Assembly (NCBI GenBank): GCA_015063905.1
Contig: SVTF01000006.1
Location: 5,120-69,119, forward strand
Origin: Oscillospiraceae bacterium
GTDB taxonomy: Bacteria > Bacillota > Clostridia > Oscillospirales > CAG-272
Reading direction: 5' to 3'
DNA: 64,000 bases
Shown here: positions 17,137-26,300 of the stretch, piece by piece
How positions within the stretch are numbered: position 1 is the stretch's first letter
How the letters are laid out: each line of letters starts with the position of its first letter
Translations under genes and position numbers: made by a program
The notes under the pieces: generated by a model
What the model was told of the DNA's origin: nothing
Database searches by the model: none
Seen by the model: the letters and a program-made list of their open reading frames with translations, nothing else

Positions 17137-20100
17137 TCACTCTGCGGCAAATATAGACTGCGTGCTGGTACATTCAAATACATCGCCCGCATAGAGTTGC
17201 TCCATATAGAAGGGCTCAATGTATATCTTAACGCGTCTTGCATCTGCGCCAAAATAGTCGTAGCTGAAACTACCCCATCCCGTCGTCGGAACTCTGTCAT
17301 TTATCTTATAATCGGACATTTCAACGCGAACGTTGATCTTACCTCTGAACTCTGCCCAGGTTACATTCGACGTATCAAACGTAATACCCGAAGCATTCTG
17401 CGCCTGAAAGTCGGGGATCGTAGTCCATGCAAGATTGGTGTTTCTATGCTCGGTAATAATACCCGTTCCAAACTTGATAGCCAACATAGACGTTGCAGCG
17501 CGCTGAATGAATATATCGTCGGTCGCTGTAAACTTGTTGTGAATTACAAGACCGTCCTTGGTCCAAGTATCCGTTTTGACTCGGTCAAATACCTTTTCGT
17601 CAGTCGTGGTGTTTGCGCTGCATCTATTAAGATAGGACTCAACGACTGCCTGAACGCTGTCACAGCCCTTAAGCGCGTAATCCTTGCTCATATCAAGCTC
17701 CACGCCGTCAACCAGTATCTTAATACTCGTCATATACTCGTCACCGTGCCAGCCGCCGATAAAGTCCGCAGCGGCAGTTCCCTGACCGTAATTCAGCTTT
17801 TCCTGAATTGCTGCTTCTAATTCACACGCTCCCTGAACGGTGGTGTAAAGGAGGTTGAGGTCAGAGTCACAGATGTCAATCATAGATATTTTCCAGGAAT
17901 CAAATTTGGTCGTGTTGTCAACTATACGCTTGAACTCGTATCTTGTGTACTTATCAACGCCGGGCACATTGGAGCGAACGTATATATACATATGCTCGCC
18001 TGTCTTCTGATAGATAACCTTCTCAGCATTGTCGCCCACGGTATCTATAACGCCCTCAGAGTTAAGGTTCTTGTCAAAGGTATTGGATTTCCAATCTGTG
18101 TAAATTACGTTGTCATCACCAACCACAGTCGCTACCTCATCCCAGTTATCGCAAATTGCGAAATAAGCTATGTCAAGCCTCTCGTTGCCAGAGCATTTTT
18201 CGCCACTCTGATCTATCAGCATACCAACACAAACGTTGGATACAGCCGTCTGGTTTGCCGCGTAATTAGCCAAGCCGAGCTTTTCGATGTCAACAACGTA
18301 CACTACCCATTCATCAGAAATAGCCGCGGTAGGTCTTGAGTCGCCTGTAGTGTATGATGCAACACCCTCGTTATCGTTGTCACCGTTAGCGAGGAACCGA
18401 AGCTCATCGATATCGTGCGTACGAACCTTGATAACGAAGTACTTACCTGTGCCACCCTTGATGGTATCACCGAGATCTATAGGATCATTATCGCTACGCT
18501 TTCCGTTTACAGAGAATCCGCGCACAGGAGTAATGCTTCCGTTCGTGAACTCGAAAGAAGCACCCGTTCCCATCCTGATGCTTGAATAGATGAAGCCTTC
18601 CTCATCCTGCATAAGCGTTCCAACGGGCTCACATTTTGTGTTTCCGCCGTAGCCTGCTGCCCAGTTGTTATAGAACTGACCGGGAGCGGAATAATAGTTT
18701 ACAGAATCGTCAACGGTATTGGTATATACCTTCTTGCAATCCTTGCAGGTATAGGTTACAGTACCGTCTGCCGCAGATGTGAACTCGGGGCTGCAGAGTA
18801 CGCAAGAGCCATCAGAGTTCTTCTCAAAGAGAGCGGCATTGTTTGCCCATGCGGTGTAGGAAACGGTCTCACCCTCTCCAACGACCTTCTCTACCTCTTC
18901 CCAAGAGTCGCAAACTGCGAAGTAGGAAATGTCAACAGATACATTTGTTGTGTTAATATCACCCGAACCGGGTCCATACATAAAGCCCGCAGCGAGCTTT
19001 GTTCTGGTCGTGTCACCCGCTTCACCGTACGTAGTATTAATTCCCGTAAGAGTTAAAAGATCCTTGATATTAACGACGTAGGTTACCCATTCGCCGTTCT
19101 GTAAATCGGTCCTCAGTCCGAGATAGTTTCCACTAGGCTCTACCTCAGCTACGCTGTCGGACGCAGAAGATAGTCTCCATGCAAGTGCAGTTACGTTATT
19201 AGTTCTCATCTTAAATACGAGATAATTACCCGTACCACCGTTAAGGCTAACAAAGTATCCCTGATTAGGCTTTACATGTCCGCCGGTTGTAAGAGGCATT
19301 GTTCCGCCTCTGGCGGTGATACTAAACGTCTGATAAAGGACTCCGTTGTCATTTTTGATCTTTGTGTCAAGTGATGTAGCATACGCGTTCTTGTGAGCAA
19401 ACTGACCGGGAGCGGTAATATAGTTGATCGAGCTATCATAGGTGAGCTCATCATATACTGTTTTGCATACGGTACATGCATAAGTGTATTTATCACCGTC
19501 TTTGCTTACGGCAATTGCACATTCATCGCAAGTGCCATCGGGATTAAGGGTTGCCGCAGAGCCGCCTACCCAGGTCTCAACAAAAGTGACCTTTTCCTTG
19601 CCAACAACTGCCGCGATCTCATCCCAACCGTCACAAATTGCGAAATAAGCTATGTCGAGATATTCGCCGCTTGAGCCGCCGCCGGGCATACCAAGTCCAA
19701 CCGCAACCTTTGTAGCGGTGCTGTCATTGGCAACGTACTGAGTAGTACCAAATCCCGATATATCTACAACGTAGATGGTCCAATCGGTTGCAGACAGCTC
19801 GGAGGATACCGTTCTGTTGTCCGTCTTGGTAACGTAGTTACCCCAGGTGTTAGTCTGGTTTCCGCCGTCATCGGTGGAGTTAAGATACCAGTGCAGGTTG
19901 GACATTGCGTTTCCTCTGACCTTCAATACGAAGTAGTTACCCGTACCGCCGTTCAAGGTATCACCCGCATCGACCTGATTATGATCATTGTGGAATCCGT
20001 TAATGGACAAGCCTCTCTTAGGAGTTATTGTTCCATTAGTGAATTCAAAGTATGCCGCATTGCCCATCGGAATATGCTGATAGGTAACGCCGTTTTCGGT

Positions 20101-22053
20101 CAAAACGGTTCCCGCAACTGCGCAAGAAGAGCCCTTGCCTGCTGCATTCCAAGAGTTGTACATCTGACCGGGTGCGGAGAAGTAGTTGATATCTGCATCA
20201 AATGCATAGGTATTCTTACAAGAGGGGTTCTTGCAGACGTGGCTATACTTGCCGCCGCTTATGGATGGAACGTAGGCGTGAGTGCTTTCGCACTTACCCG
20301 TAGCGGTTAGCGTACTGTAAGCATTTGTCTCATTCTTCCAATCAACAGCGCTTACAGTCGACTCGGAAACGATGGCATCGATCTCCTCAAAGCTATCGCA
20401 GATTGCAAAGTAAGCGATATCCAAATTAACTGTTCTCGCGTTTGCCCCGCTTCCAAGATAAGCGAATGTCAAACCGAAGGATGCCGCGTTGACGTTAGCC
20501 TGGTTAGCACCGTAAAAACCGCTTGCAAGCTGTTCAATATCAATTACGTATATTTCCCACGTGTCACTCGACATATAGGACTTGTATCCCGAACCGCTGT
20601 AACGCTTGAGGCTGAGGCTGGATATTCCTCTGTCGGCATATCCCGCGCTGTCCGCGAACATAGTAAGATTGACCAATCCCTGGTTGTCGGTGCCCGCAGC
20701 AAGGGTGTAACGGTATTTCAATACTACGTATTTACCGCTTCCGCCGAGTATAGAATCGGCAATAACGTTTCCGTTAGCGTCCTTGATATACTGACGCGCG
20801 CCTTCAGCAGGAACAGTCATTGTCTGAACAACGTTGCTACCGTTTCTGAATTCAAAGCCGTCGCCGTCGGTAATTGTAAGTCTTGTAAACGTAAGGTCAC
20901 CCTCGGTCATAACCGTACCTACGGGAGTACCCGCAAGGGTTTCGCCGTCGGTTCCCTTTAAGTTGACCTGCTGACCGGGCGCGGAATAATAGTTAACACT
21001 GTCACTTACAGCGCCGCTCATAACCTTACCGCAGTAAGAACAGGTTGCAACAGAGGTATTGGCGCCAAGCGTTGTTGCCTCATAGTGCTGACGGTGGTGA
21101 GCGCAATCGGTTCTCGAGGGAACGTTATTAGTACCCGCGGTGTTGAGGTAGTAGTAATACATGGCGTGAGCTATGTCGCGCGTATCGTCACTGGCAGCCA
21201 ATACCTTAAGGCAGTCAAGCACGCTTGTGCTGACAGACACAGCATCCGCGCCGTCAACCTTAGCAACAAGCTCATAGGTTGTCGCGTAATCCGCGGTGCT
21301 TATGTTGCCCACCTTAACGTAATACTCATTGGTGTTTCCAACGCGTATACCGTCGGTCTTGCCTGTACCCGTATAGGTATAGTAAAGACGAATCTGGGTA
21401 TAGCTATCGAGAACAAGCTCATAGCGAGCATTTGTTACGTCGGCATTTTTGATCTCGGGAGTTACCTTAACACCCGTGCCAAGCTCGTATCCCATATTTA
21501 TAACAGGGTTAGTGCCTCTTGAGAAAACACCCTCGTTTTCAACTACGTTATTTGAGATCTGGTCATCAAACTGCTTATGCGCATACGCACCGTAGTTAAG
21601 AATGGATTTGATCGCGCTGTAATAGCTCGAATAATCCGCCTCGGCGTCAGTGTCAAGCACAAGCTCGGCATAATCTCTTACGGAATAAGTTACGGGAGCG
21701 CATGCCGCGACACCCGATCCGTTAACGGGGGTAACCGTAACGTCGCATCCCATCTCTGCCGCCGCGAGAGGAACGTTAAAGTACGTCTTTCCGTCCTTAG
21801 CGGTCACAAGAGGAACCGTTATCGAATGAGGATCGACGTTGTCATCGGAAATCACCGCCTGAGCGCTGGTAACGCTATCATCGGTTATGGTATAGTAAAA
21901 TCTTAAGTTGATATTACCGTCAGTCGCGACCTGAATACCGCCAAACGTTGCGCTGGGAGTTGCCATAATAACAAGCACTGCCGACAAAGCAACGATCAAG
22001 GTAAGCAGGGCGGCGATAAATATCACCTTTTGGGGTCTCATGACTCTTTTCAT
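17137..22053 (-). CDS. Giant secreted/surface modular protein 1 (about 1638 aa): signal/anchor helix, shared N-terminal domain, 4 repeat modules, unique C-terminal domain
   Basis: GGAGGAG RBS before MKRVMRPQK; hydrophobic N-terminus; four NY(Y/F/I)(S/T)APGQ...I(A/S)YFA(I/V)CD repeats preceded by Cys/His knuckles. Confidence 0.85.
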   Translation of the reverse strand: MKRVMRPQKVIFIAALLTLIVALSAVLVIMATPSATFGGIQVATDGNINLRFYYTITDDSVTSAQAVISDDNVDPHSITVPLVTAKDGKTYFNVPLAAAEMGCDVTVTPVNGSGVAACAPVTYSVRDYAELVLDTDAEADYSSYYSAIKSILNYGAYAHKQFDDQISNNVVENEGVFSRGTNPVINMGYELGTGVKVTPEIKNADVTNARYELVLDSYTQIRLYYTYTGTGKTDGIRVGNTNEYYVKVGNISTADYATTYELVAKVDGADAVSVSTSVLDCLKVLAASDDTRDIAHAMYYYYLNTAGTNNVPSRTDCAHHRQHYEATTLGANTSVATCSYCGKVMSGAVSDSVNYYSAPGQQVNLKGTDGETLAGTPVGTVMTEGDLTFTRLTITDGDGFEFRNGSNVVQTMTVPAEGARQYIKDANGNVIADSILGGSGKYVVLKYRYTLAAGTDNQGLVNLTMFADSAGYADRGISSLSLKRYSGSGYKSYMSSDTWEIYVIDIEQLASGFYGANQANVNAASFGLTFAYLGSGANARTVNLDIAYFAICDSFEEIDAIVSESTVSAVDWKNETNAYSTLTATGKCESTHAYVPSISGGKYSHVCKNPSCKNTYAFDADINYFSAPGQMYNSWNAAGKGSSCAVAGTVLTENGVTYQHIPMGNAAYFEFTNGTITPKRGLSINGFHNDHNQVDAGDTLNGGTGNYFVLKVRGNAMSNLHWYLNSTDDGGNQTNTWGNYVTKTDNRTVSSELSATDWTIYVVDISGFGTTQYVANDSTATKVAVGLGMPGGGSSGEYLDIAYFAICDGWDEIAAVVGKEKVTFVETWVGGSAATLNPDGTCDECAIAVSKDGDKYTYACTVCKTVYDELTYDSSINYITAPGQFAHKNAYATSLDTKIKNDNGVLYQTFSITARGGTMPLTTGGHVKPNQGYFVSLNGGTGNYLVFKMRTNNVTALAWRLSSASDSVAEVEPSGNYLGLRTDLQNGEWVTYVVNIKDLLTLTGINTTYGEAGDTTRTKLAAGFMYGPGSGDINTTNVSVDISYFAVCDSWEEVEKVVGEGETVSYTAWANNAALFEKNSDGSCVLCSPEFTSAADGTVTYTCKDCKKVYTNTVDDSVNYYSAPGQFYNNWAAGYGGNTKCEPVGTLMQDEEGFIYSSIRMGTGASFEFTNGSITPVRGFSVNGKRSDNDPIDLGDTIKGGTGKYFVIKVRTHDIDELRFLANGDNDNEGVASYTTGDSRPTAAISDEWVVYVVDIEKLGLANYAANQTAVSNVCVGMLIDQSGEKCSGNERLDIAYFAICDNWDEVATVVGDDNVIYTDWKSNTFDKNLNSEGVIDTVGDNAEKVIYQKTGEHMYIYVRSNVPGVDKYTRYEFKRIVDNTTKFDSWKISMIDICDSDLNLLYTTVQGACELEAAIQEKLNYGQGTAAADFIGGWHGDEYMTSIKILVDGVELDMSKDYALKGCDSVQAVVESYLNRCSANTTTDEKVFDRVKTDTWTKDGLVIHNKFTATDDIFIQRAATSMLAIKFGTGIITEHRNTNLAWTTIPDFQAQNASGITFDTSNVTWAEFRGKINVRVEMSDYKINDRVPTTGWGSFSYDYFGADARRVKIYIEPFYMEQLYAGDVFECTSTQSIFAAE

Positions 22054-22198
22054 GTCATATTCTCCTCCTACTATAAAATTTCTTTTCATATTCTATACTA
22101 TATTAGCATTAAATTTAATCGCAGAAAAGGCAAAATACGCCTAAAATATGGTCAAAAACGACAAAAATTAGCCCTCACTCAAACTACGAACTATTTTT

Positions 22199-22226
22199 AT
22201 TATATCACGGCGTATATTTTTTGCAA
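22199..22226 (-). promoter_or_regulatory. Putative sigma-A promoter of giant protein 1
   Basis: TTGCAA-N16-TATAAT with extended TG on the minus strand. Confidence 0.5.
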
Positions 22227-22342
22227 ATTGTGAAAAAAGCATTGATTGGCTCAAAAAATCGCCGATTCGCACAAATCAAAAGCCAATAAATTAGTAAAAT
22301 CCCACAAAAAAACCGTAATTCAAGGCTTTTTGTGGGATTATG

Positions 22343-23062
22343 TTATTTTATCAATTCCTCAAACGAGGTTTTAGCGGCTTCGTTTGAAACGTTACACTCC
22401 AAAAGATAAAAAGGTATATTTTTTGATAGCTTATCAAGCAGATCAAGCGTTAAAAGCCGCGCGCTTGCATCCTTGGGGATATACACCTGCGCCATTATCT
22501 CGGCAAAATACCGCGCGGGATCTATTCTTTGGATAGCGTTAGTCTTTCCGCGTTTCAAAAGGCATATGCCGCCAAGCTCCGCTATCGTATTTCTTTGCAT
22601 ATCCTCTTTGCCCGCCCAAGGGGTCGAGCAAACGCGAGCGCCTCTATCCGACACGTGAATTATCGGCTTGTCGCCGTTTACTATCTTCACTTCATCGGGA
22701 TAGTTTTTCATCAAGAGATCTATATGTGTCGTTTTGCCCGTACCCGACGGCGCGGTGAATATAAACCCTTTTTTGCCGATAGTGACCGCGGCGCCGTGGA
22801 ACACGAAGCGCGAAAATTTTGGCAACCTCTCCGCAATAGCGCGATAAAGACAAAGGCTCTCGCAATAATCCGCGGCATGCGGCGCGTCGTAAGCCGCCAT
22901 TTCGCGCGCTATCTCGTCTTCGTCGGCATAAGCATCGATATCAAAGTCCGCCTTGGGCGGTATTATATAATCATGGCATCTGTGGCGAACGAATTCATAG
23001 CTTGCGTTCATCCTTACAGATAGCTCGGATATTCCAATGTAAAACTGTTTTTTCTCTGACAT
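22343..23062 (-). CDS. HPr-kinase-like / ScmC-like P-loop protein (putative peptide Ser/Thr kinase)
   Basis: FHGAAV, FTAPSGTGKTTH (Walker A), NGDKP, STPWAGKE: pattern of HprK/PEPCK-fold kinases found with PqqD proteins; start at MSEKK with an AGGA RBS. Confidence 0.8.
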   Translation of the reverse strand: MSEKKQFYIGISELSVRMNASYEFVRHRCHDYIIPPKADFDIDAYADEDEIAREMAAYDAPHAADYCESLCLYRAIAERLPKFSRFVFHGAAVTIGKKGFIFTAPSGTGKTTHIDLLMKNYPDEVKIVNGDKPIIHVSDRGARVCSTPWAGKEDMQRNTIAELGGICLLKRGKTNAIQRIDPARYFAEIMAQVYIPKDASARLLTLDLLDKLSKNIPFYLLECNVSNEAAKTSFEELIK

Positions 23063-23178
23063 ATCTTGTCCTATATATAATAAATGAAGATTTTCGCTTT
23101 TCGCCATTGCGGCAAAGCAATAAGATTCTGATACACAACCGCCCGTGTACCTTGCGGCGCACGGGCGTGGTTTTGATC

Positions 23179-23206
23179 TGCCAAGGGCAGCTAACTGCCC
23201 TTGGCA
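23179..23206 (-). other. Perfect 12-bp hairpin downstream of peptide 2 with no U-tract; second hairpin at 23139-23167
   Basis: TGCCAAGGGCAG-CTAA-CTGCCCTTGGCA; may stabilise the upstream mRNA or attenuate read-through into the kinase gene. Confidence 0.5.
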
Positions 23207-23221
23207 TCTGATGTGTGTCGA

Positions 23222-23347
23222 TTATGCTCCAACGATGGGGCCTTCCCACGAGATTGTATCCTCGCTAAAGGTAATAATATCGTTTTCAACAATCGTCACT
23301 ATAATTTCGGGAGATACATATTCCTGTTTTACGATCTCATTGTTCAT
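23222..23347 (-). CDS. 41-aa RiPP-like precursor peptide 2 (MNNEIVKQEYVSPEIIVTIVENDIITFSEDTISWEGPIVGA)
   Basis: Hand-translated (below the ORF-track cut-off); AAGGAGG RBS; starts 21 nt after the stop of giant protein 2; 35/41 aa identical to peptide 1. Confidence 0.85.
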   Translation of the reverse strand: MNNEIVKQEYVSPEIIVTIVENDIITFSEDTISWEGPIVGA

Positions 23348-23368
23348 AATAAATATAACCTCCTTTTA

Positions 23369-26300
23369 TTATTGTGCTGCTTCTGCGTCAACAAGTGCCT
23401 GAATGTCAGCGGCAGTCTTTGTAACGTCAACGGTGCTATCGCTCCACTTAGAAGCGTAAGTTACATCCGTATCCGTTCCAACAACAGTCTGAACCTCAGT
23501 CCAGTTGTCAACGATAGCGAAGTAAGCAAGATTGATGTAGTCATCCTCCAGCACACCTGTTCTGCCTTCGCCGCCCTTAATACCGTTAGCAACCTTAAGA
23601 CCTACGGACATTGTAGACATATCGGCATTGCTAAGATCATACCAAAGCTTATTGTTGCTTGTTCTTGTCAAGCTATCAAGCTCAACAACAACAGTTATCC
23701 ACTTGCCTACCATATCATCGGTTATGGTTCTCACGTGACTTGCAATATCGAAGAACCTGTCGGTATTGGGGTTACCTGCCGAAGTTTCGGTGGGTGCTGA
23801 GTACCAGTCGAGCTCGGAAGCACCGTCATAAAGACCAAGCTTCAACCTTCCAAGGTTCTTACTTCCTATGTACATCTTCATAACGATCATCTTTCCGGGG
23901 CCGCCCGAAATAGTATCGTCAGCAATATGCATCTTTGTGGTGTTGAAATTATTGTGCAATCTCAAAGAACCGGATTCCTTGAAGTATATGTGAGTATATC
24001 CGTTCTCACCGTCGCTTACAAGCGTATTGGTCGTGTTATAATGAGTTATCACCTGACCGGGTGCGCTATAGTAGTTGATGCTTGCATCCATAACGGTAGT
24101 TTTGTAACCGGTGGTCTCATCATTGAAGTTGGTAGTGTAGATTATCTCTTCACCACCGCCAACAACTGCCTTGACCTCTTCCCAGCTATCAACGATAGCG
24201 AGATATGCCACGTCAACTCTTGCGTCCGCTACAGCTTCCATTTCGTTTGAACGAATAATGAATCTGATCTTTGTAGCCGAAGGATCAACGTAACCGGAAA
24301 CATCAATTACATAAGTAACGAACTCTTCGGAAAGAATATCAGCGGTATTCATTCTGAACTCTCCACTGTTCCAAGCAATCTTCTTGCCCGTATCAGTCTC
24401 GAAGCCCATTCCAACCTTGATATTGTTTATGTTACGCATCTTAAGTACTATGTACTTGCCCATTCCGTCGATGCTGTCATCAACAGTGGTCTCGGTGTGA
24501 GTTCCGGCTGCTACGCTTCCGTTTGCCATAAAGAAGGATGCGCCCTGGTAGACGTTGACCTGCGTATAAACCATATCTTCTTCAGCAGAGATATAGCTCA
24601 GCGCATTCTTTTTACCCTCGAGAGAGTTAGATACGCTACAAGATCCGCCCAAGGAAGGCATATTAGCGGTTCCCCAGTTGTTTACGATCTGTCCGGGAGC
24701 GGAGAAGTAGTTAACGCCTGCGGGGCTAACGACCTCATATGTCTCACCGCAATTTGCATTTCTGCAAGTGTAGGTGTAAACTGTATCGCCGTTTCCGTTT
24801 GTTGTAATAACGGGAGCACTGAGTCTATGCTCGGCGCAGGAACCGTCCGCGTTACGATATTCATCGTTATCAGCGTTACTCCAGTTAGCCGCGTACATAA
24901 TCTGAGTATTATCCGTTCCAACAACCTTGGACACTTCTGTCCAGTCATCAACGATAGCGAAATATGCAAGGTCTACATAGTCGGTTTCCTTTGCACCTGC
25001 GCCGTTCTGTATCTTAAGACCAACGGATATGTTGGTGAGATCATCATTGGTGTAGTCATAGAACGTGTAGCTTCTCTGGTTGAGATTCCATGTTCCGTCC
25101 CCGTTCTGTGTGGGAGGATTAGCGCTATCAAAGTACGTATCCGTATAGGTCATCGTACTAAGGTCAACAACGTAGATCACCCACTCGCCTATAGGCTGTA
25201 CGGTAAGTCCTCTTACATGAGAGGCGCCGTCAAACAGAATGTCTGTGTGAGGACCGCCGAACGTATATCCGGTAACAACGCCATCGGTCTTAACCGTAGT
25301 GGTATAGAGAGGCATGGTATCGGCTCCGTCATAGAGACCTATCTTGAGCTGACCAAGACTTGTGCCGCCAAGACGAACCTTCATAACAGCGTATCTACCT
25401 GCGCCCTTGATGGGGTCATCAGCAACTGCCATAGTATTTGTGCTGCTCTGATTATGAAGTCTTACCGAGCCGCTCTTTGAGAAGTTGATTCTTGTATAAG
25501 CAAATCCGGCATCGACGTCATCTATAACAAGCGAAGGAGTCGAGTTATAATGCTGGATTGCCTGACCGGGTGCGGAGTAGTAGTTGATACTATCGTCTAT
25601 TACATGCGTTTCCTTTACTGTTCCGCATATATCACACTCTATACTATACTCAGTTGCTGTAGAAACAGTAACGTAAGTGTGGTCTCCCGTACATTCGCCG
25701 CCAACAATAGTTGTGGGAGTTCCGGATGCGAAATCAGTAAAGTAATTGACCTCTTCGGTCTCACCAACTACGTTGATTATTTCATCCCAATCGGAGCAGA
25801 TAGCAAAGTATGCCACGTCAACGTAAGCACCCGCAGTGTTACCGCCCTTGGTCTGAATAGATGCAGCTACCTTTTGTACAGTCTCGTCAACCTTAAAGGG
25901 AGCAGCGTTATACTTCGAAATGTCTATAACGTAAGTTATCCAAACATCTGTAGCAATGTTTACTCTCGTCTTCATATTAGACTCGGCCTTAAGCGTTCCT
26001 GTTCCAAGACCTATACTCATCTGGTTTACGTTATGCAAACGAGCCTTCAATACGATGTATCTGCCCATACCGCCGTTAATGGTATCCTCGGGCAAAGTGC
26101 TCTGGCTGGAAGGAACAGACGTGCCGTTGGTGAACTCAAACTGGCTTCCAACGTTGAGGTAAACTCTGGTAAACGTCTGCTTTTCGATAGCGTCGTAATC
26201 GTTAACACCGGTAACGCCATAACCAGCTCCATATCCCTGTCCCTCTGAGTTGTTACCTGTCATAGGCTTATAGTAAGTTCCCCAGAAGTTGTGATACTGA

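Noticed and set aside
16866-17156. Plus-strand ORFs 16866-17156 and 23145-23402 that resemble each other
   Set aside because: They are antisense shadows of the two peptide genes; substitutions are synonymous only in the minus-strand frame, which also has the RBSs.
17105-17173. 64-aa version of peptide 1 in the ORF track
   Set aside because: The extension overlaps the giant gene end, whereas the ATG at 17104 has an AAGGAG RBS and matches the paralog length exactly.
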